Shown here: piece by piece, positions 38,001 to 48,119 of the stretch | Position numbering within the stretch: the stretch's first letter is position 1 | How the letters are laid out: each line of letters opens with the position of its first letter | NCBI GenBank assembly: GCA_002633005.1 | Contig: NMRA01000110.1 | Location: forward strand, 519,850-583,849 | Direction: 5' to 3' | Source of the DNA: Phoronis australis | Taxonomy: Eukaryota; Animalia; Phoronida | Length of the DNA stretch: 64,000 bases | Translations under genes and position numbers: made by a program | Notes under the pieces: model-generated | Database searches by the model: none | What the model was told of the DNA's origin: nothing | Seen by the model: only the letters and a program-made list of their open reading frames with translations

Positions 38001-41000
38001 CTTTTGAGGCCATGTATACTTTCAGCTTTTTCTCCTCATTAGCATGGCAATTTTTTAAAAAATTTAATTATCGCAGGACTTTCTGAAATGCATATCGACT
38101 CTGTGGTGAAACTATATGTTAGAGATTTCATGCTGTTTGTATTCCTTGTGTTCTGTGGCTCTGTTCACTATTTTAATATTTGTACAGCGCATGTCTTTAC
38201 CTTGGCTTGTCTATGAAAAGTTATTACAGTCGTGACTGCCACTGTTCTTAGTAATAAATGCAATTAATAGGAAGTGAACCTTCGCTAAAATGACTGATGA
38301 ATATTTTGCTGCAATTGCTAAAACATAGCTTTAGTGTAGCACTACAGAACAGACAAAAATGTGTTAGTTGTATGATATACATGACTTTATGTGTTAGTTG
38401 TACGATATGCATGACTTTATGTGTTAGTTGTACGATATACATGACTTTATGTGTTAGTTGTACGATATGCATGACTTTATATGTTAGCTGTACGATATGC
38501 ATGACTTTATGTGTTAGCTGTACGATATACACGACTTTATGTGTTAGTTGTACGATATGCATGACTTTATGTGTTAGTTGTACGATATACATGACATTAT
38601 TTGATTGCTGATGTCTTTGTTCCAGCTTCAAGATAAGCTTGAGAAGAAGAAGGGTCGACGTACGTCGGAGGCGGCTGCTTTACTCAGTCTGGGTGAGAGA
38701 CAGAAGACTATCTTACAGAAATCACAGCAGGTGAGAGAAGAATGAATCATGGTGTGAACCTATAGGCAGGCAGTGTTGAATATTCATGGTGATGGTGACC
38801 ATGGCAACAGTGATGTCATCAGTTATGGTGATGATGATTTTGATGATAATTACAGCGACCACAATAGCAGTGATTGCGCATACATTAGTAAATTTTTTGT
38901 TTGTGTAGATTGTGTAATTGTGCAATTTTCTTGTTCGGCAATTATTGATATTTTTATTAAAATGCGATACAATGAGTACCAAAATATTACCCTGTAAGGT
39001 CTGATTTTATGTGTCATAAGTAAATGTTTCTACTGGTCATTTAGGATGAGGAAGAAAGACAGCGTAATCTCATCAAAGAGCGTGTGCAGCGTGTTCGGTT
39101 CGAACGAACAAAGACTGTCAAGTTAGAGTCTGACAAGAAGGCGAAACAGTTTGAGGAGTTGATAGATCAGGACAAGAGTGCCAACCTGTCACAGGATGAC
39201 AAGATGAACCTTGCCGCCCAACGCATGATGGAGAGATTTAAACAGGAAGAAAATGACGTAAATTCGGAGAAAAAGAAGATGGTGAGTTGAAGTTGTCTTA
39301 CATCTCAGGCACAATAGGTTATCTGACTATTTTATTAACACTTTTTCTCGTAGCCCTGGATATATTTTGTAGGAAACACAACTTACTGTTATTATTTTCT
39401 TCTGCTTCTTGAAGGTCAAAAAACAATTTCTTTGACATTATGTCAGCCAACTCATTAGGATTTGTTTGGTGGCCTTTAAAAATAGAAATATCCTTGTTAA
39501 CATTCTACTGTGTCATAATTGACTGTATTCACACTAGTGATGATAGACAGAAATAACTTGTGGAAGTATCTGTAAAAAGAATGTTTTTGTCTTCAACATT
39601 TGCAGTTGCAATATTTACAAGGAAGCTATTGTCATTTGCAAGTTTTGCAACAAAGATATCTTCATTTACAATATTTGCTGCAAAGATATTTTCATTTGCA
39701 ATATTTGCCAAAAGGTTTTTTGTTTGCAATATTTACAAGAAAGCTTTCTTCATGACTATTGTGCAGTATTTGCCAAAAATTATTTTTTCTTGCAATATTT
39801 ACAAGAAAGCTTTCTTCATGCAATATTTACAGCAAAGATATTTTCTCTTTCAATTTTTGCAAAAAAAGATATTCTCATTTGCAATATTTGCCACAAAGAT
39901 ATTTTCACTTGCAACATGTGTAACAAAGATATGTTCATTTGCAACGTTTCCTCTACAGGATGAGTCAAGTGATGAGGAGGTAGAGATTGTGGCGGACTTG
40001 ATAGATGTGTGAACTTTGACCTATTGGTCTCTCTGTTAACTCATTACTCACACTGGTTTTAAGAGCAAGATTTCTCAAATGCTTTACCAGAACTGCCAGT
40101 CTTCCACACTCAGAGTCCACACGGTGGCTCTCATTACCAGAACTACCAGTCTTCCACACCCAGAGTCCACACGGTGACTCTCATTACCAGAACTACCAGT
40201 CTTCCACACCCAGAGTCCACACGGTGGCTCTCATTACCAGAACTACCAGTCTTCCACACCCAGAGTCCACACGGTGGCTCTCATTACCAGAACTACCAGT
40301 CTTCCACACCCAGAGTCCACACGGTGGCTCTCATTACCAGAACTACCAGTCTTCCACACCCAGAGTCCACACGGTGGCTCTCATTACCAGAACTACCAGT
40401 CTTCCACACCCAGAGTCCACACGGTGGCTCTCATTACCAGAACTACCAGTCTTCCACACCCAGAGTCCACACGGTGGCTCTCATTACCAGAACTACCAGT
40501 CTTCCACACCCAGAGTCCACACGGTGGCTCTCATTACCAGAACTACCAGTCTTCCACACCCAGAGTCCACACGGTGGCTCTCATTACCAGAACTACCAGT
40601 CTTCCACACCCAGAGTCCACACGGTGGCTCTCATTACCAGAACTACCAGTCTTCCACACCCAGAGTCCACACGGTGGCTCTCATTACCAGAACTACCAGT
40701 CTTCCACACCCAGAGTCCACACGGTGGCTCTCATTACCAGAACTACCAGTCTTCCACACCCAGAGTCCACACGGTGGCTCTCATTACCAGAACTACCAGT
40801 CTTCCACACCCAGAGTCCACACGGTGGCTCTCATTACCAGAACTACCAGTCTTCCACACCCAGAGTCCACACGGTGGCTCTCATTACCAGAACTACCAGT
40901 CTTCCACACCCAGAGTCCACACGGTGGCTCTCATTACCAGAACTACCAGTCTTCCACACCCAGAGTCCACACGGTGGCTCTCATTACCAGAACTACCAGT

Positions 41001-44000
41001 CTTCCACACCCAGAGTCCACACGGTGGCTCTCATTACCAGAACTACCAGTCTTCCACACCCAGAGTCCACACGGTGGCTCTCATTACCAGAACTACCAGT
41101 CTTCCACACCCAGAGTCCACACGGTGGCTCTCATTACCAGAACTACCAGTCTTCCACACCCAGAGTCCACACGGTGGCTCTCATTACCAGAACTACCAGT
41201 CTTCCACACCCAGAGTCCACACGGTGGCTCTCATTACCAGAACTACCAGTCTTCCACACCCAGAGTCCACACGGTGGCTCTCATTACCAGAACTACCAGT
41301 CTTCCACACCCAGAGTCCACACGGTGGCTCTCATTACCAGAACTACCAGTCTTCCACACCCAGAGTCCACACGGTGGCTCTCATTACCAGAACTACCAGT
41401 CTTCCACNCATGTCTTCTCGTCCTATCTGCAGCTTGTTCAGTGTATACGTTGACTATGCACTTCATGTTCGTAACATGTTATGTTGATAACGAGATTTCA
41501 GCTGGCATTGTTATCTTCCTCAGGTACTTTTCAGCATCAGTGAGGTATATCTCATGGCTTGTTGTTCAGCACGATTATGCACAGTTTATGCGCCCACAGT
41601 CTAAACAATTTATGTGAATATCAACTGTTTTAGATCCCATGAATTAGGACAGGCTCACTCTATGCAAAGTGCTATGTGAGTCTTTTACACTTCAATTTAT
41701 GGTAATCACATTTAATTGCTAAAACACGCCATAAAAGGACCCAACAACATATCGCAACATTAACGTGGGCGCATAGCAACACTTCAAATGCACCAAGCTT
41801 CTTTTTCGCCTGATGATACCATTAATCTGCATACATTAATTTTTGTTTAAATCTGACCCTCTGGTAACATAAAATCACCCTTATGCTGTGTGCCAACAGG
41901 TGTCATGGTGGTATGTCGTCTGCTCTATTCATAAGGTTGTCCTTGCCCTGGCTTGTTATCATTTCCAAAGACTTAGTCTCAATAAATGTTCAGATATTGA
42001 TGTCATTTTCTAAAGTCTGCAAACTTTGCTATTTCATAGTACACTAAACTGAAATAAGCATTTCAACAAAAACTATTTTCTTCAAACCTTGCTTTGCACA
42101 GTATCTGCAATTTTCATGCTGAGGAAAAATTTGCTTTGGATTTGGATCTCTAAACTCTGAATTTTCACAATAAACCTTGGTTTTGCTTTTGCCACCGACA
42201 AAATCTGCTTTTTCACCGGTTTTGCTTTTTACATTTTTGCAAATTACTTGTTTCTGATTAATAAGTAATTATTTCAAAAGTGTGGATGATTGTGTAACTG
42301 ATAACATGAGTTGTTGCTCAGTGTTCACCTGGGCCAGCGTTTAAGTTCATGTGTTTGATACTGGGTGAGCTAACGTGTTACAGTGTAGAATATCTAACAG
42401 TCTGGTGAGTTGTACCTGCCCCTGTCTTTAAGCTGAAATAGTGAATGACATGAGGTGGCTGGATGTCAGGTTTCTGACAAAACTTAGAATAAGAACCCAA
42501 ACACAACAATTCTGCCAATTGAAACCAGTCCTGATCCCGTGGCTTGGCTGGAAATTTGTTGATAAAATATTACTCTCGTTTTATTGTAATTATTTTTTAT
42601 TGATATTAATTTGTTAATAATTTAATTTTTTGTTGTTTTTTGTTCAGATGTTTTCCGTTGTTCAAAATGAAGTATGAGGTTAGCCAACAGATCTGATGAT
42701 CGATACTATAGACATAATGTTATGTTCAAAGTATTTTAATCTTAGGATAACCAGTGAGTCAAGCCATCAATACAAGTCATAAAGCAGTCCATGGTCACTG
42801 GTCAATATTTAACTATTGCTTAATAGCACAATTTATTGTGTAATAATTACTTGCGACTCATTCTCCAATCATAATACATACTTCTCATGAAGTCATTCTG
42901 GTTTGTTCACTTTGCGTGACTAGCGTCATTCAGTGAACAATTAAAGTACGATAAATTTTTTTGTTTGTGCATTTGCGAAAAATTAGTTGTTTGTATGTTA
43001 AACCCATTTGGCCTTTGGATGGTCATTATATAAGGAGTTGGTCCGATTGGGTAAGTGCATTGACGCAGATTCAAAAGCAGCGTCCAAAGTGTCTACAGGT
43101 GAGCTCAGGTAGATACATGCTAGTGTTGCGTGTGGCCTGGCGTGGCACATGTGAACACCCAAGTGCATGTGTCCATAAATAGTTTGTTACACTCTGTTGT
43201 TCTGTAATCATGCATGCTTTTAAACACTGAATGTGTTTACAACTCTGTTCCATTGAATATCAGTTTACGACGAATTCTTCCGTACAGGGTCCAAGACTGC
43301 CAACATAAAACTCAACTAGAAAATTGGCCGTGTAATCCCGTAGCCCCTTATAGTGTATACTTTCTGGCTTAATGTGATGTTTTTGAGCTGAATCTCCTGC
43401 GATGTTTTTTTATCTCATGGCCCCAGGTGTCTACTTCATGAAAAGTGTGAGGTAGAAATTTGATCTTGGGCTCCACATAAGTATTTCAGAAATATCACAC
43501 CAGAGCCAAAGTGCAGAATTTCTGAGAAAGTACACATTTCTACTAGTTGCAGAGATACTTTCTATAAATTGTTTCTAGATTGGAATGTGTTCATAATTGT
43601 TTGGCTAAACCTTTATCCAGCAATTACGAAGTGGGAATGTAAGATTAAATTTCTGTGTAAGTCGCCACTTTGTTCATGAAACTGACCTCTGGTGGTTGTT
43701 TTCGAAACTGCTTTGGTTATTATTTATTCACTCATTACTTCAGCTGAATTTTAAAACCCCATGCAGTGTTTAGTCTTTGAAAACCATGATTGTTTTTGGG
43801 TTCTGTGAAACCTTTTGTTTTGGTTCTTACCGGAAATAAGCTTTTTGAATTACACACATGGCCCCAGTGGAGGTCATTGATCTGCGCATTGCTTACTACA
43901 AATGTCAAATTTGATTTATGCGACTTCAAGTCGACCATCATGAACACTGCATCATGGGATTGGAAAGTGTGTGACTACTCTTTGGTTAGTCACACTTTTG

Positions 44001-47000
44001 GTGTAATTTGTTATTGTCAGTTTTTATACTTTTTGCTGTTGTTTATAATCCATTCATACTTATATTACTGTTGTTACTGTCACTGTTATTTTAGGATGAC
44101 TAACCTGACAAGTCGTAAGTGATATCAGAATCCCTCTTGTGTGATAAGTGTGTCCTTAAATTTGTGGCACCTGTCTATTTTTATGCACCCACGTAATGTG
44201 TGTGCATATTGCCATCATCTCTGTCTCGACATCCGCTGCGTGATTTTAATGCGATTTGGCAGATGTTTCTCTATGAAACTGGCCAGAGGTGACGACAATG
44301 CATTTTGACATGTACCTGTACAGTCTATTCTCCACTTGTGTCACCTGATTGAATAATGTGACCTTTTGCCTTGAGAATGGTTTATAGTGAATAAACCGAA
44401 ATGTCGGATCAATATGTCTTCTGTGTCCCTGTTCTGTTCCGCTTAGTGGCCATTTTTATTATTTTGAATCCATTTTTGGTCTTTGTGCATCCACCTCTCT
44501 GTCCGCCAAACTGGTCAAGGAAGGTGATGAAAATTAGTATAATTTGTTTCTGCTGAGTAGACCATGGGTATCATTGATTTTTTGAACAGATCTGATTACT
44601 ATGGTGTCCCCTAGTTTCAATTTTATTTTGCGTCCACGACTATCTCCTTAACTATTTGCAGGGTCTTTGTGAAATTTGGCAAATTCTTTTTAATGAATGT
44701 TGTAACAGATGACTACGACTTTTAGATCAGTCTGACTAATGTGCCCCCTAGTGGTAATTTTATTTTTTTCTATTTTTTCTATTTGCCTTCGTATGTTTGG
44801 AATTCCTCGACGGATTTTCCTGAAATTCATCAAAAAGGTTTCTGTTTATGGCCTTTTTGTTTTCAGACAGATTTTGCCACTTTATAAAAATTTGTTCCAT
44901 ATTGGAAATCAGTTTCCTATTAAGGAGATGTTGATGCTTTCTTATTTTTGGGATATAGTTGATGTATTCTGCACCACCTAGTGGCCATTTTTATGAGTCA
45001 GAACAAACACTCCAAGAAACAAACCATGCAGTTGTGGGTGACTTTCAACACTTAGTGTTGCTCTTGTTTACACTGTTATGGGTTTCTGTCAGTCTAGTCT
45101 TACACTGTTATCAGTTACTGTCAGTCTTGTCTTATTTGGAGTGTTTGATTGACAGTTGTGAGTAAATCTAAAAGTGTGTGGTTGATGTTGATTTTTATAT
45201 AAACTGGGTACACAATAGGGTGTCTCATGATCACAAGTTTGGACTCATTTTGAAAATTTATGCGTATAATTAATACTCAGAATGGACTCCGACTGTTTCT
45301 TTGAGTGGGTGTAGGATTCAGATAATACGTTGGACACTTTTGTGCCCTTCACAGGTGTAAAGGGTGATGCCAGGATGATGGCGTGTTGTGAAGGGTGGGT
45401 ACATGCTCCATAAGAGGGGCAACATACTTGGTGTGCTTGAGGTGATATGAGGGTAATCAGTGTAATGAGGGGTGGGAACACCGGGTCATAACATGGATGG
45501 CACACCTGGGCCCAGTCTCGAATCTTTTTACTTGAAATGGAACTTGAAATTATGTTTGGCTTATTTTACTCTACTTTAGTGCGAATTCAAGAGAAGCGTC
45601 TATTACTCTATGTTCGAGTACATAATGACCTACGTGGATAATTTATTAGTCCTAGTATGCAGGTGATAAGGTAAAAGTTCGAGTTTGAACTCGAAATTTC
45701 AAGTTTTTTCTCGAGTTTGTAGCACGAATGTAAGGGTCTTCTAGTGCAATTTTGGACTAGAAACTCATATGCATAAGCTATAATTATTCGAGCACAGTCT
45801 GATAAGCACTTATATTGAGTTCGCACAAAAGGAGCAGAGAAATTGCCAAAAATAATTTCGAGTCCATTTCGAGTACAAAGATAAGAGACCGGGCCCTGGT
45901 GTGGTCGAGGTGTGCTAGGGGGAGAGGCTGTAGTGAGGGGTGGGAAAACGGGTCACAACAGGGACAGCATTCCTGGTGTGGTCGAGGCAGGCAAAAGTAG
46001 AAAGGGGAAGACACGCTAATTCTCGTCTTCACCTTGTTCAGTAATGGCTGACCTCATAAAATTCAGATTTCAAAGCCGAAATACACCTGCCATCCATTAC
46101 AAAACTTTTGATGCCTTTTATTGTTATGAAACTGTTTTAAGCCAAACACTTGCATTTGTCATTGGGAGACTGTTGTGTGACTTCCAACATGGTTAAAAGG
46201 GTGTAAATATTATGTGTTTTTCCGTGCGCAACTCCTTTCAATCTCTCTTAGAATTTGAGTGTACCTTTTCAATATCCAATAGAACTTATTCACTGTGCAC
46301 ATTCTACACTGTTGGTATGTGTTGGTGTTGGTTTTGGTGTTAGCAAACGAGCAGTATATGAAGTAATACAGTGACATGTCACTAGGTAGCTAAGCCATCA
46401 CTTTTTTCAAAGGTGCATTGTGTGACCCTAGGTGGGGGTGGGGGGCACACTGGAACAACCTCTTTTTTATAGAGCGGACACAGAAAAAGGACTAATTTGT
46501 TGACAGATTCCATGGAAATTTTTGAAGAGACATGTTCTTGTAACGTCAGCCTTAAAAACTTGTTTATGTCTCCAAAAGCGCCCCCTTTTGTGTGGAATCA
46601 AATTCATAGGTAAGCTGATCGTAGAAAGGTCATTTTATAGGTGTATACAAAGTGCACCTTTCATGGGACCCCATTCCCCACAGGGCCTTACTTTTCTTAT
46701 AGTTGTGCTGTGACTCCAAGGAGTCTGCATACAACTCCTTTCGTCAGCTCTTTATTGAGAATCACGGGAGGACCCATCAGATGTTCTACCGTTCACCTGG
46801 AATTCCTTTGCTATTCATGAGAGTACTCCCATATGCTCTCCCTGTCACCCTTCCTTTCATTGCTATTCATGAGAGTCTCCTGCCCCCAATATACTTTTCA
46901 TTTCAACAATCCATTTAATGCTATGCTGTCAATGACAAAGTGACAACTGTTAGTACTTTATGTTTATTTTCCCTGTGTGTATTTAGCTATAAGTGAGATG

Positions 47001-47885
47001 TAGCCTGACAACTGTGAATAGACTCCAAGAGTGTACATTTTTACCTTATCCTAACTATTGAACAGTCTCTCTATTGATTCTCTTTATAGTCACTATACAG
47101 CTGAGTGTTAAGTGAGAAGAGTAATTGATGTATACAATTTCTCTCTGCTGTAATTTCTCAGTCGTAAAATGTATGTTCACAATAAACCTGTAGGTGACCT
47201 CTGTTATGTAAATTGAGGTTAATAATTGTTACCAGAGTTACCGTCATCGCAATTCTTACTCGTTTTTAGTTTTCTTTGACAAACCAAAGCCCAAATAATC
47301 TCTGTAGATGTTGTGAAATGAAATGAATTGTTCGATTAAAGTGTGTCATGAAACTTATTACATTGATGTATATTTCAAGTTATCCAGTAAATGATCACCG
47401 TGGCAACTGCTAGTTTTAGTATAGTCAAATTTGAAAGTCTGCTTTAATTTCAACCTTCAGACAGCTGAGTGAAGACAACTGTCAGTAACCAGCAAATGAC
47501 AGTAAGTTGTCTTCACTCACCTGTGTGAGCAGGTTAACCTATGATAATCAGGTGAACCATGTGAGACATCTTATCACTGCTGGTGCACTGGCATCAGATT
47601 GTTTTAACTAATTGTGTGATTGTTATCAGACAACGGAGAATGTTCTATTGAGAGAACTTCTTTTGCATTTGATGGTAAATCCTGTTTTTCATTCTCCTGT
47701 TGCAGGCGCCAGGATCTGGAGAAGATGAGACTGACTCGGTGGATGCAGCTGCACCGATCAGCCGACCTACCACAGCTAGCAGACGTCTGAACGACAAAGA
47801 TAAACTTCAGATCCTTAAAGAACGACGTCTACAACGGAAAAAGCAGAAAAAGCAAGAGACTAATGATCAAGATGATTTGGTTTGA
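634..47885 (+). CDS. Giant multi-exon coiled-coil/charged helical repeat protein (trichohyalin-like composition), 5' end outside window, ~2500 aa within window
   Basis: Hand-spliced GT-AG exons with matching phases: 634-806, 1087-1242, 2118-2258, 3191-3422, 3631-3802, 4090-4267, 4900-5051, 5616-5855, 6678-6830, 8647-8951, 9575-9699, 9897-10100, 10392-10567, 10816-10941, 11309-11465, 12211-12354, 12810-12941, 13127-13280, 15032-15158, 15949-16123, 16927-17117, 17783-17977, 18396-18519, 19040-19153, 19509-19624, 20598-20770, 21704-21917, 22170-22325, 22480-22635, 26656-26853, 27007-27169, 27631(or 27613)-27797, 28226-28446, 28838-29010, 29324-29463, 30556-30748, 30933-31075, 31883-32078, 36679-36806, 37035-37286, 37625-37771, 38626-38730, 39045-39281, 47706-47885 (TGA). 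Sum 7504 nt = 1 split-codon base + 2501 codons; E/K/R/L/Q-rich with recurring motifs (LExKYDxLRDKLL, WxxLSExERQ, KFDAAA, LLADLQxxQD). Confidence 0.9.
2284..2516. repeat. 77-bp tandem repeat x3
   Basis: tacccatactgaacacataaag...ctttgtcttg at 2284, 2361, 2438. Confidence 0.9.
5616..10567 (+). CDS. Repeat module B of giant gene (6 exons, 401 aa)
   Basis: ALDEKYSELRDKLL, WRGLAEEEKQ, LGLMER...R|HSKDISRQTELA, LLTELQDEQD...LAEK ending at a phase-0 donor. Confidence 0.85.
5856..6316. repeat. 37-bp minisatellite (~9 conserved copies plus degenerate 5' copies)
   Basis: gagagagtgcaaactagtgaaatagtctacaatgtat repeated; begins immediately after the donor at 5855. Confidence 0.9.
7223..7922. repeat. Degenerate ~21-22 bp G-rich minisatellite
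   Basis: gagtagtgaggggrcctctgcc-like units. Confidence 0.85.
10816..17117 (+). CDS. Repeat module C of giant gene (8 exons, 402 aa)
   Basis: ALENKYDSLKDKLL, WNLLSEQERQ, KFEDAALLIGLAER...R|LKNDRARQEQLA, LMADLQEQQD...MVEK ending at a phase-0 donor. Confidence 0.88.
11457..11585. repeat. 22-bp tandem repeat x6 spanning a splice donor
   Basis: ggagrgagggtaygtggtctgc units; the first contains the exon end at 11465. Confidence 0.9.
14160..14198 (+). CDS. Candidate 39-nt symmetric (phase 2-2) cassette microexon encoding basic peptide (S)YRRKLPGKRKRV(L)
   Basis: Long pyrimidine tract with TGC, CAG acceptor, consensus GTAAGT donor; length divisible by 3; phase matches flanking exons 13280/15032; no stop. 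Confidence 0.6.
16144..16630. repeat. ~32-bp minisatellite
   Basis: tgtgttctagtaatactctatagtagtcttgg repeated ~15 times. Confidence 0.9.
17783..22635 (+). CDS. Repeat module D of giant gene (8 exons, 416 aa)
   Basis: ALEGKYDALRDKLL, WKRLSEQERQ, KFDAAALVI...K|LEDERLRQERLA, LLADLQQHQD...IAAK ending at a phase-0 donor. Confidence 0.88.
18818..18892. repeat. 15-bp tandem repeat x5
   Basis: caggatyactccaat units. Confidence 0.85.
19879..20100 (-). mobile_element. tRNA-derived SINE (best-preserved copy)
   Basis: Minus strand reads GGCAGTGTGGCCTGGTTGATAAG...GTGGGTTCGAGTCCCACC (Pol III A-box-like and B-box), followed by a ~150-bp body shared with other copies in the window. Confidence 0.75.
21486..21716. 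repeat. 37-bp tandem repeat x6 spanning a splice acceptor
   Basis: gaagatgaactttattgtcacttgttcatgtagactt; the last unit supplies the AG at 21702-21703. Confidence 0.9.
23477..23686 (-). mobile_element. tRNA-derived SINE copy
   Basis: Aligns by eye to 19879-20100 (caggcggtctgatacacgttgta...ccacactgcct). Confidence 0.7.
23937..24979 (+). other. Duplicate copy of three exons (23937-24134, 24288-24450, 24894/24912-24979 truncated at N); probable haplotig duplication
   Basis: Same peptides as 26656-26853, 27007-27169 and 27613-27698 at a constant 2719-bp offset. The copy stops mid-exon at the N at 24980, and the sequence after the N restarts at the equivalent of 23006. Confidence 0.9.
24510..24733 (-). 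mobile_element. tRNA-derived SINE copy (duplicate at ~27229-27452)
   Basis: Aligns by eye to the same family (ctggtacgcgtcgtactagacgtg...gggactcaaaccc...ggccacactgc). Confidence 0.7.
25459..25826 (-). mobile_element. SINE copy (counterpart of 23477-23686) with internal 31-32 bp VNTR x6
   Basis: Same flanks as the 23477 copy, but gactcaagggtcaagcagtgyggcccagtgg is repeated ~6 times at 25575-25765. Confidence 0.75.
26656..31075 (+). CDS. Repeat module E of giant gene (8 exons, ~466 aa)
   Basis: ALEQKYDTLRDKLL, WNKLSEKERQ, KFDAAAMLI...N|LAKDRDRQRELA, LLSDLQQKQN...IPDK ending at a phase-0 donor. Confidence 0.88.
31470..31870. repeat. 32-bp minisatellite
   Basis: caatgatatctgcctatgacttgcacattcac units ending just before the acceptor at 31882. 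Confidence 0.9.
31883..47885 (+). CDS. C-terminal region of giant gene (degenerate module remnants plus low-complexity tail)
   Basis: Exons 31883-32078, 36679-36806, 37035-37286, 37625-37771, 38626-38730, 39045-39281, 47706-47885. Motifs EEHAAAAIVQLAKK...RQ...ERLAARR and EAAALLSLGERQ echo the module core. Ends ...TNDQDDLV-TGA. Confidence 0.8.
32541..32810. repeat. 62-bp tandem repeat x~4.4
   Basis: ccttgaagtcatggctgatgtctagtctcattacttttctggacctgtttcaattcagactt. Confidence 0.9.
33394..33414 (+). CDS. Candidate 21-nt phase 1-1 microexon (M)NTMIKK
   Basis: tgctgtgtgctctttcag|TGAATACCATGATCAAGAAAA|gtaagt; phase matches the 32078/36679 intron. Confidence 0.6.
33776..33860. repeat. 27-bp tandem repeat x3
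   Basis: agcatccttgatagtaggcaccatgtt. Confidence 0.85.
35018..35038 (+). CDS. Candidate 21-nt phase 1-1 microexon (M)PEEAQT
   Basis: gtttgttttacacacag|TGCCTGAGGAAGCTCAGACAG|gtagag; in frame, weaker donor. Confidence 0.45.
35645..35873. repeat. ~60-bp tandem repeat x4
   Basis: gaccacaaggtgtagctatgygcctgcctccttgtcaatcaaagagttagtaccaaacat. Confidence 0.85.
38360..38595. repeat. 30-bp tandem repeat x8
   Basis: tgtgttagttgtacgatatrcatgacttta. Confidence 0.9.
39598..39946. repeat. Degenerate ~29-bp AT-rich tandem repeat
   Basis: tttgcaatatttrcaacaaagatattttca-like units ending at the acceptor of 39959. Confidence 0.8.
39959..40012 (+). CDS. Candidate alternative terminal exon DESSDEEVEIVADLIDV*, or 21-nt internal microexon 39959-39979 (DESSDEE)
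   Basis: tttcctctacag acceptor in phase 0 after exon ending 39281; internal GAG|gtagag donor at 39979; TGA ends at 40012. Confidence 0.55.
   Translation, partial: DESSDEEVEIVADLIDV
40085..41407. repeat. 50-bp near-perfect satellite array (>=26 copies), truncated by N gap at 41408
   Basis: tcattaccagaactaccagtcttccacacccagagtccacacggtggctc repeated almost without variation. Confidence 0.97.
45509..45895. mobile_element. MITE, PIF/Harbinger-like, 387 bp, CTG target-site duplication
   Basis: Long imperfect TIRs ggcccagtctcgaatctttttacttgaaatgg... / ...ccatttcgagtacaaagataagagaccgggcc, flanked by CTG on both sides (45506-45508, 45896-45898). Confidence 0.8.
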
Positions 47886-48119
47886 GTAAAGTACCATTGA
47901 AAACTTAACATGTTTTTGAAAAGTTCATGGTTCTTGGTAATTTCTATGTTAAAAGATGATATACATTTCACAGTGATGTTGATTCTTTGCATGTACTCTA
48001 GCGAATGAAGTCAAGTGATTGACCGTTGACCTCTCCTCTGTTTCCTTTGAGAAATGATTGTTGGCACAATGTATGCTATGGCATATGTATTAAATGTTGC
48101 TTTATTTGTGATGCAATTT

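Noticed and set aside
38248-38631. Repetitive ORFs on both strands (also 62320-62640, 39560-39958, 25525-25840, 7446-7774)
   Set aside because: Translations of minisatellites.
40085-41407. CRISPR-like array
   Set aside because: Units are contiguous and identical with no unique spacers, there are no cas genes, and the context is eukaryotic.
40174-41617. Three overlapping 409-447 aa ORFs
   Set aside because: They are translations of the 50-bp satellite (GTG starts, identical 50-aa repeat, crossing an N gap); not a credible gene.
44175-45060. Possible old non-autonomous DNA element (Crypton-like appearance)
   Set aside because: Impression only; no TIR, TSD or second copy demonstrable within the window.
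634-47885. Naming the giant gene trichohyalin, EVC2 or myosin/plectin
   Set aside because: Similarity is compositional only; no diagnostic domain was recognised, so no symbol is assigned.
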